This document shows positions 9,217 through 15,170 of a stretch of DNA of 32,000 nt, piece after piece. Made by a program: the position numbers and the translations under genes. Under the pieces are notes generated by a model. It saw only the letters and a program-made list of their open reading frames with translations. It searched no databases and was not told where the DNA came from. Each line of letters begins with the position of its first letter. The first letter of the stretch is position 1. Source of the stretch: a bacterium (GTDB lineage Bacteria; UBP7; UBA6624; JBBIMK01); NCBI GenBank assembly GCA_037444445.1, contig JBBIMK010000013.1, positions 1 to 32,000 on the forward strand, given 5' to 3'.

Positions 9217-10944
9217 ATGAGAAAGGTCATCGTTTTCGGGCTGGATGGAGCCGCCTTCTCCCTCGTGGAAAAGTGGATGGGTGAAGGGAAATTGCCCACC
9301 TTCCAGCGGTTAGCCAGTGAAGGCGTCCACGGCGTCCTTCGCTCCACCGTTTGCCCCATCACTGCCACCGCCTGGCCCTCATTTATGACCGGCAAGAACC
9401 CGGCGAAAACCGGCGTCTTTGATTTCTATCAGGTGAAAAGAGGCACTTACGAAGTGTATTACCCCAACGCTTCCCATATCCAGGCGGAAACTCTGTGGGG
9501 CATCCTTTCCAGTGAAGGGAAAAAAGTAGGGGTTTTCCATGTCCCCATCACCTACCCGCCCGAGAAGGTGAACGGCTTCCTCATCAGTGGAATGGGCATC
9601 CCGGAGGATAAAAACGCCTGCATCACTTACCCGCCGGATTTGAAGCAAAAAATGGAAAAAGCAGTGGGCTTCCCTTACCGCCCCTATCCAGAATATGACC
9701 GACACAAAGACCCGTATGAATCCTTCTTATCCTCCGCCTTCCAGATTTTGGACGAACGCAAGCCCTTCATCCGATACCTCTGGAAAGAATATGACCCGGA
9801 ATTCTTGATGATGGTGATTAGCGAAACGGATTTCATCGCCCATTACTTCTGGAAATATATGGACGACCGCCATCCATTGTTCTCCCCGCAGGGCCATCAA
9901 AAATTCGGCTCCGCCATCCTGAACCTGTATCGGAAAGTGGATGAACTCATCGGAGAACTGATGAAGGAACTGGGTGAGGAGAACTATTATTTTCTCCTGT
10001 CTGACCACGGAATGGGCCCATTCTTTGTCGCCCCCGATTACATCCAGTATTATTCCTGGAAAGGGTGGTTGAAACTCCTTATCCAGATGCCGAAGACCCA
10101 GCGAACCCTCTGGTTATTAACCCTCCTTTTTAGCCTCTGGGTGGGGAGCCGGAAAGCCTACCTGTGGGCAAAACAGCACCTCCCCTGGTCGGTTAGAAAC
10201 TTCCTGAATCGCCTCCTCCCGAGAAGCAAAAAGTTCCTCTCTTCCTCTTTCTCCCTCCTGAATTTCCTGGACTGGCAAAAAACGAAGATATTCTTCCCCG
10301 ACCCGAGAAATGCCGGGCTTCTCTATATCAACCTCAAAGGAAGAGAGCCGAAAGGTATCGTGGAACCGTCGGAGTATGAACCCCTGCGAACTGCCATTAT
10401 AGAAGACCTGAAAAGCCTCCGGGTGCCCGGCACCGACATCCCCATTGTGGTAGAAGCGTATCGTCGGGAAGAAGTCTATTCCGGTCCCTTCTTAGAAGAA
10501 GCCCCCGACATCCTGATAGTCTGGAATGTAGAAGCCACTGGAACGCTGAAGAATTTGAACCTGAAAGAAACGCCTGAAGCATTGAGAAAACTCTTCGTTC
10601 CCCTGCACATCATCCCCTTCCGCAATGTAAATCCCATTCCCTTCTCCGGCTGGCACACAATGGAAGGGATTTTCTTCGCAAAAGGGGAAGGAATTAAAAA
10701 GGGCTATCGTATACAGGGCGCCCAGATTATGGATGTGATGCCCTCTCTCCTGGCGCTCCAGCAGGTTCCCATCCCAGAGGATGTGGATGGGCGGGTGCTG
10801 ACCGACATCTTTGAGCCATCCTTCTTGCCCCTCATCCAGCCGAAATACCGCAAGCCCCGCCAGCGAGAAGCCCCCGCTCCCTACACGCCCGAAGAAGAAG
10901 CCAGCCTCCGCAAACGCCTCCAGGACCTGGGCTACCTCGATTAA
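9217..10944 (+). CDS. Alkaline-phosphatase-superfamily protein (type I phosphodiesterase/nucleotide pyrophosphatase-like)
   Basis: 575 aa. VIVFGLDGAAFSL, the nucleophile context CPITATAWPSFMTGKNPAKTGV, and the metal motif LLSDHGM. No N-terminal signal peptide. There is an internal hydrophobic/basic insert. Confidence 0.85.
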   Translation: MRKVIVFGLDGAAFSLVEKWMGEGKLPTFQRLASEGVHGVLRSTVCPITATAWPSFMTGKNPAKTGVFDFYQVKRGTYEVYYPNASHIQAETLWGILSSEGKKVGVFHVPITYPPEKVNGFLISGMGIPEDKNACITYPPDLKQKMEKAVGFPYRPYPEYDRHKDPYESFLSSAFQILDERKPFIRYLWKEYDPEFLMMVISETDFIAHYFWKYMDDRHPLFSPQGHQKFGSAILNLYRKVDELIGELMKELGEENYYFLLSDHGMGPFFVAPDYIQYYSWKGWLKLLIQMPKTQRTLWLLTLLFSLWVGSRKAYLWAKQHLPWSVRNFLNRLLPRSKKFLSSSFSLLNFLDWQKTKIFFPDPRNAGLLYINLKGREPKGIVEPSEYEPLRTAIIEDLKSLRVPGTDIPIVVEAYRREEVYSGPFLEEAPDILIVWNVEATGTLKNLNLKETPEALRKLFVPLHIIPFRNVNPIPFSGWHTMEGIFFAKGEGIKKGYRIQGAQIMDVMPSLLALQQVPIPEDVDGRVLTDIFEPSFLPLIQPKYRKPRQREAPAPYTPEEEASLRKRLQDLGYLD

Positions 10945-10956
10945 CCAATAGCCAAC

Positions 10957-10983
10957 GGGTAAAAACTTACCCTCGCCTTTTTA
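10957..10983 (+). terminator. Putative intrinsic terminator after the AP-superfamily gene
   Basis: Stem GGGTAA (10957-10962) pairs with TTACCC (10967-10972) around an AAAC loop, followed by TCGCC and TTTTTATT. It lies 13 nt after the TAA stop. Confidence 0.4.
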
Positions 10984-11221
10984 TTCATCTTCGTTCTATC
11001 GGAAAGGATATTGCCCGCAAAGGCAAGGACCATATAATTTCCAGGTTAACCTATTTCATATATTTCGGACTCGTATTGAACACCTGAAATCTAACCAAAA
11101 ATGAGTCATTCAAATATTCTCACATTCTTGAGAATGTTGGAATGCTTTGATGAAGTTCACGAACCTTCCACCATTTACAGCGGCAACGACGCCCCCCGAT
11201 GCCTCACACCCGGGGATGATT

Positions 11222-11635
11222 CTATCCCCGTCCCGCACCAGCCTCTACCACCCTGCCCTGGGGCGCAGCCGCAATCCCGATGGGTTTGTATCGGGACACG
11301 CCATCATAAGTCAGGCGAATTTCGGGGTAGCCGGGAATGGAGAACCTCTTCAAGCGATTCTCATAATCTCCCGATATACCCCATCGGGATCCCGCCGTAT
11401 TCTGGCGGGAGAAATCCGCTTCCACCCGCCAGCCTCCATTTTCCATCACCCGGATATTCCCGTTGCCATCCGAGGTGACGGTGGTGGTTCCCACAGGCCA
11501 GGGGAAGGGATTGGAGCCCCGGTGGCTGTATTCAGGGAGAGACTCGCATTCCCGATTTCCCGGGCTGGCGTAAGGCTGAACCGCCAGAAGTTCCAGAAAG
11601 GCTTCACTCCTGTTGCCATCTTCATCCTCAGGCAT
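11222..11635 (-). CDS. Hypothetical protein with no recognisable family; possibly part of a longer frame-disrupted gene
   Basis: 138 codons from ATG 11635 (the ORF track uses TTG 11692). The acidic/Gly/Asn-rich composition looks protein-like (…PYASPGNRECESLPEYSHRGSNPFPWPVGTTTVTSDGNGNIRVMENGGWRVEADF…). The overlapping plus-strand ORFs are Pro/Arg/Ser/His-rich shadows like the other antisense ORFs in this window. GGAGG abuts the ATG with no spacer, so the start is uncertain. Confidence 0.5.
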   Translation of the reverse strand: MPEDEDGNRSEAFLELLAVQPYASPGNRECESLPEYSHRGSNPFPWPVGTTTVTSDGNGNIRVMENGGWRVEADFSRQNTAGSRWGISGDYENRLKRFSIPGYPEIRLTYDGVSRYKPIGIAAAPQGRVVEAGAGRG

Positions 11636-11828
11636 CCTCCTTTTGCCGGAGCAAGAGCAGGACCCCGAGAATTGTTCCCAGCCAGATAACAATCCTAAAT
11701 GTTAGGGACCGCCACGGCGCCTCATAAATTAAATCATTTTTCAAAAAATTATAGAAGTATATTAGTAGAAAAAGTGTTACAAATTCATGAACCTCTATAT
11801 GAGTAAAATCAGCCAATATCTTTCTCAT
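11628..11828 (-). CDS. Small (66 aa) predicted two-TM membrane protein
   Basis: ATG 11828 lies 6 nt after the CPBP stop. Two hydrophobic stretches: FVTLFLLIYFYNFL and FRIVIWLGTILGVLLLL. The sequence is very AT-rich. Its TGA (11628-11630) overlaps ATG 11635 of the next ORF by 8 nt. It could instead be the N-terminal anchor of that ORF, separated by a frameshift. Confidence 0.45.
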   Translation of the reverse strand: MRKILADFTHIEVHEFVTLFLLIYFYNFLKNDLIYEAPWRSLTFRIVIWLGTILGVLLLLRQKEDA

Positions 11829-11834
11829 TTTACT

Positions 11835-12545
11835 TCACCGAAGCGCATAGCCGGGATAGATGGATAGTTGCGGAAGGAGGTGAACAAGATAAGGCACGAT
11901 AATACTGCGCCTCCATAGCATCAGTATACCCAGGACAAATCCCGAAAAAGCAACGTCTGCTGCAGCAAACCAGGTGAGATGAAGAGTAAACGGAGATATG
12001 ATTTTGTGGGGATGTGCCAATGTAAAGAAAATGGCTTGTAGAAACAAACCCATCCACTTATTTCTGACCCATCGGATTAGCGTGCTCATTAAAAACCACC
12101 GAAAGAAAATTTCTTCATTTAAAACTTCAATTGCCATCCCGATGTTATATTCTACAAGCAATTGATATGTACGAGGGCCATATATCTCACGAAGTAAGGA
12201 TAACCATCCTTCTGGTGATGGTGGAAATTCCTTTGATAACAGGTGAATGAAGGGTAACAGATGAAATAAAATGAGGTAGACGATGAAGGCTAAAAATCCG
12301 ACAGATATTTCCATCAGCCACTTTTGCCTGCCCCTCGGTAGAAATGGAGGGAGTCTCTTCCTGCCCGAAGAGAGCAGTAAAAATAGTAGAACTATATTGA
12401 TGAACTCGTTTGAAGCCACATATAAATCATAGGATAAGCGATATGTCACATTTTCGCGGATGTAAAGCAGAATGAGGAAGATTATCATCTTCCTCACAGT
12501 TGACCACCTGAGTTTCAAGGGAATGAAAGACAGGGAAGGGCCCAC
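11835..12545 (-). CDS. CPBP-family intramembrane glutamic endopeptidase (CAAX protease / Abi family)
   Basis: 236 aa and polytopic. Motif 1 is EExxxR in LNEEIFFRWFL, and motif 2 is FxxxH in IFFTLAHPH. A third His sits in PYLVHLLPQ. The GTG start is preceded by AGAGGAAAAG. The gene is markedly AT-rich. Confidence 0.85.
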   Translation of the reverse strand: MGPSLSFIPLKLRWSTVRKMIIFLILLYIRENVTYRLSYDLYVASNEFINIVLLFLLLSSGRKRLPPFLPRGRQKWLMEISVGFLAFIVYLILFHLLPFIHLLSKEFPPSPEGWLSLLREIYGPRTYQLLVEYNIGMAIEVLNEEIFFRWFLMSTLIRWVRNKWMGLFLQAIFFTLAHPHKIISPFTLHLTWFAAADVAFSGFVLGILMLWRRSIIVPYLVHLLPQLSIYPGYALR

Positions 12546-12561
12546 CTTTTCCTCTTATTCC

Positions 12562-13142
12562 TTATTCAAAAGCTAATTCATCGAACGGGCAAGCCACTTC
12601 CTGCCCGTTCGGGTTTCCGTTGCTATCCAGCCCTTCACAATAGGGCTCCGTCTCCTGGATGTAGCCGTCGCCATCCACATCCGGAAAGAATGCTGCGGTG
12701 TCTCCTGCGGAACAGTAAGGAGAACCATTCGCAGGTTCATGCCAGGTTCCTCCTACTTCCGGGTCGGTGCATTCCACCCGGATATCTTTTAGAGTTGTGT
12801 CCTGGCAGGTGGTCACTTCACCGTTTTCGTTGGTGCAGAACCATTCCCTTTCACTCTGGGGCGTAGTGGCTCTGGGTCTTTTAGCCTTACCGTCGCCATT
12901 CAAATCCGCCCAATCTTTGTGAAAGGTGGGGCCAGGACAGTGATCTGGATCGATAGCGTCTACGGCGCAGTAGACGCATCGAGCGGCCCACTTACCGTCT
13001 TGTTGTTGGAATTTTTCGAATCGCCCCCCTTACTGGTGCACCAATCTTCAGCATCTTTAAGTTTCGTAATTCCGTCGCAGGCGATGCTTATGCTGAAGAA
13101 AAGTGCCACCATTCCTATCGTGGTTCCCATTTTCCACTTCAT
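12562..13142 (-). pseudogene. Cys-rich EF-hand-like lipoprotein gene interrupted by a frameshift at a G6 tract
   Basis: ATG 13142 follows AGGAGGTG plus an 8-nt spacer. The signal peptide with lipobox is MKWKMGTTIGMVALFFSISIAC. This frame stops at TAG 12960-12962 (60 aa). A second frame, open from 13029 to TAA 12562, encodes a Cys-rich domain (10 Cys) with the EF-hand-like loop DVDGDGYIQETE. That second frame has no ATG/GTG start and no signal peptide of its own. The two frames meet at the C6 (plus strand) tract 13024-13029, and one extra G fuses them into about 193 aa. Confidence 0.65.
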
Positions 13143-13273
13143 ATTTTACACCTCCTATGAATTTTTTGTGGGGGGCCCTTCCCTTTTCTTTTCACAGGTT
13201 TCAAATGTGGAAATCCATACATCCGAATTTTCTCGCTTGTGTTCTTCCATTTTCATCCCTCCATTTCAGGGTT

Positions 13274-13346
13274 GAGATTTCCCGCTGGAAAGCAGCGGGA
13301 ACCCGATGGCTTTTATCGGGACTTCCGCTTCGCTCAGAATGACGGG
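13274..13346 (-). repeat. Palindromic intergenic repeat, copy A (inverted relative to copy B at 30847-30911)
   Basis: Read on the minus strand, it begins CCCGTCATTCTGAGCGAAGCGG. This matches 20 of 22 positions of copy B, CCCGTCATTCTGAGCGGAGCGA. It ends TCCAGCGGGAAATCTC, against TTCAGCGGGACACTC in copy B. Internal hairpins are CCCGAT…ATCGGG and CCGCTG…CAGCGG. Confidence 0.5.
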
Positions 13347-13546
13347 TTCTGCGTTCAGGATAACAGGAAAGACAGCGTAAAGGTGGGGATTTTTTGCCGG
13401 CGGGTGGGGGGCAAAACGCCCCTGCCCAAAAGTTATCCACAGGTTCGTCAAGTATCGCCTGTGATTGAAGATAGTGTTATCCTGGGGTGAAAAATTTGGA
13501 ACATGTAGTAGTAGAGAACGCTCCCTCTTCCCTTTCTCATCCATAG

Positions 13547-13555
13547 TGATACAAT
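13547..13555 (+). promoter_or_regulatory. Extended -10 box TGaTACAAT upstream of larC
   Basis: TG at 13547-13548 and TACAAT at 13550-13555, 9 nt upstream of ATG 13565. A GGAGA inside those 9 nt could alternatively act as an SD for a longer transcript. Confidence 0.45.
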
Positions 13556-13564
13556 GGAGAAGGC

Positions 13565-14731
13565 ATGGGGAGACAGGCATTTGTGGAACTGGTGGGGGGC
13601 GTAAGCGGGGATATGCTTCTGTCCGCCCTTCATAGCCTCGGAGTTTCCTTCACCCCATTGGAGCATGCTTTCGCAGAGCAGGGATGGAAGGTTCAATACG
13701 CCTTCAGAAAAATCCGGGTCTCTTCTCTATCCGGATGGCTGGTGAAGGTGAAGTTTAATGAAGGGAGTCGGTGGAATCTCAAAAGCGCCCGGAAAATCAT
13801 TCAGAGACTGCCGTTGACTGCGCCGGGGAAAAAGAAAGGGATGGAAATCCTCACCTCTTTGCTGGAGGCAGAGGCGAAGGTTCACGGCGTTCCCCGCTCC
13901 AGGGTGCATCTACACGAGGTGGGCTCCCTGGATACCCTAACGGATGTGGCAGGGGCAGTTTTTGGGTTTGAGCAATTGGGGGTGGACGAAATTTTTTATT
14001 CTGAGATACCTATGGGGAGCGGGCGAGTGAGAGTGAAACACGGTGAATTGCCGAACCCACCTCCGTCCGTCTTACAACTGGCTGAAGGATTGTCCATTCG
14101 GAGAGAAAAAATCCCGCTGGAGTTGAGCACGCCCACCGGGGTTGCCATTCTGAGGGTTCTGGGCAAGCAGGGGTTGCCTGCCTTCCGTTTCCTGTCCTGC
14201 GGGTATGGATTCGGCTCCCGTCGGTCTTTAAAGCACAGCACCCTTCGGATATGGCTGGGGGAAAAGGACCCGGCAGTGGAGGAAATGGTGGAAATAGAAA
14301 CGCTGGTGGATGACCTCTCGCCGGAGGTGATGGCGGATATTCCCGGTCTTCTTCTTGAAATGGGCGCTCTGGAGGCTTTCATCACCCCGGTGGTAGGAAA
14401 AAAAGGCAGGCCTGCTTTTTTGCTTTCCACCTTAGCAGAGAAAAAAAATCTGCCTGCCCTTCTAAAAACGATTTTTCTGGAAAGCACCTCTCTGGGTGCA
14501 CGGTGGAAAGAGGTGAAACGCCTGGCATTGCCCAGGGAAAGTGTGGAAGTGAACACGCCCTACGGCAGGGTGCCCGTGAAAATTGCTTACTGGGACGGGA
14601 AAGTGACAACGACGAAGCCAGAATACGAAGTTTGTCGGGCTCTTGCCAGGAAGTTGAAAATTCCTCTGAAATCTGTTATGCTATCTGCGGTTAGGGAATT
14701 CAGGAAAAGCAAAATCAAGAAGGCTGAATAA
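13565..14731 (+). CDS. larC: LarC-family nickel-pincer cofactor nickel insertion protein (DUF111)
   Basis: 388 aa. The N-terminus ELVGGVSGDMLLSALHSLG and the motif HLHEVGSLDTLTDVAGAV are typical of LarC/DUF111. Confidence 0.9.
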   Translation: MGRQAFVELVGGVSGDMLLSALHSLGVSFTPLEHAFAEQGWKVQYAFRKIRVSSLSGWLVKVKFNEGSRWNLKSARKIIQRLPLTAPGKKKGMEILTSLLEAEAKVHGVPRSRVHLHEVGSLDTLTDVAGAVFGFEQLGVDEIFYSEIPMGSGRVRVKHGELPNPPPSVLQLAEGLSIRREKIPLELSTPTGVAILRVLGKQGLPAFRFLSCGYGFGSRRSLKHSTLRIWLGEKDPAVEEMVEIETLVDDLSPEVMADIPGLLLEMGALEAFITPVVGKKGRPAFLLSTLAEKKNLPALLKTIFLESTSLGARWKEVKRLALPRESVEVNTPYGRVPVKIAYWDGKVTTTKPEYEVCRALARKLKIPLKSVMLSAVREFRKSKIKKAE

Positions 14732-15160
14732 TTGAGAGTTGACCATATTGGGATAGCCGTCAAAAATCTGGATTCTGCGATAAAATACTACCGTGAGGGG
14801 TTAGGATTGGAGTTGTTGAGGGTGGAGGAAGTGCCGAAGGAGGATATACGGGTGGCGATTCTGAAGGCCGGGGAAGTGACCTTAGAACTGATGGAGCCCT
14901 GCCAGAACCTGGGTGTGGTGGCGAAATTTATTTCAAAGCGGGGTGAGGGCATTCATCACATTTCCTTTCAGGTAGAGTCGGTGGAAGACACCCTTCGTTT
15001 GCTGAAGGAGCGAGGCGTTGCCCTGGTGGATGAAACTCCACGCACAGGCGCAGGGGGGCGAAAAGCGGCTTTCCTTCACCCCCGCGCCTCCTCCGGTGTC
15101 CTCATTGAACTCTGTGAGCGCGAGCAGGAATCAGGAGGAATAAACTCCAATGCGGGTTAA
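14732..15160 (+). CDS. mce: Methylmalonyl-CoA epimerase (VOC family)
   Basis: 142 aa. Motifs VDHIGIAVKNLD, GIHHISFQV and AAFLHPRASSGVLIELCE. The TTG start is the codon immediately after the larC TAA, in the same frame. Confidence 0.9.
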   Translation: MRVDHIGIAVKNLDSAIKYYREGLGLELLRVEEVPKEDIRVAILKAGEVTLELMEPCQNLGVVAKFISKRGEGIHHISFQVESVEDTLRLLKERGVALVDETPRTGAGGRKAAFLHPRASSGVLIELCEREQESGGINSNAG

Positions 15161-15170
15161 TTCCCGGTGA

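Noticed and set aside
11101-11689. Plus-strand ORFs (125 aa and 180 aa) overlapping the distal gene of the CPBP module
   Set aside because: The translations are Pro/Arg/Ser/His-rich with very few acidic or Lys residues, like the other antisense shadows in this window. The minus-strand frame gives a balanced, protein-like composition and fits the operon packing. Residual doubt remains for the first ~30 codons of the 11101 ORF.
13143-13696. Five overlapping 79-104-aa ORFs in the lipoprotein-larC spacer
   Set aside because: They cross the palindromic repeat and hairpins, have junk-like translations on both strands and no SD/start context. They are best explained as non-coding DNA.
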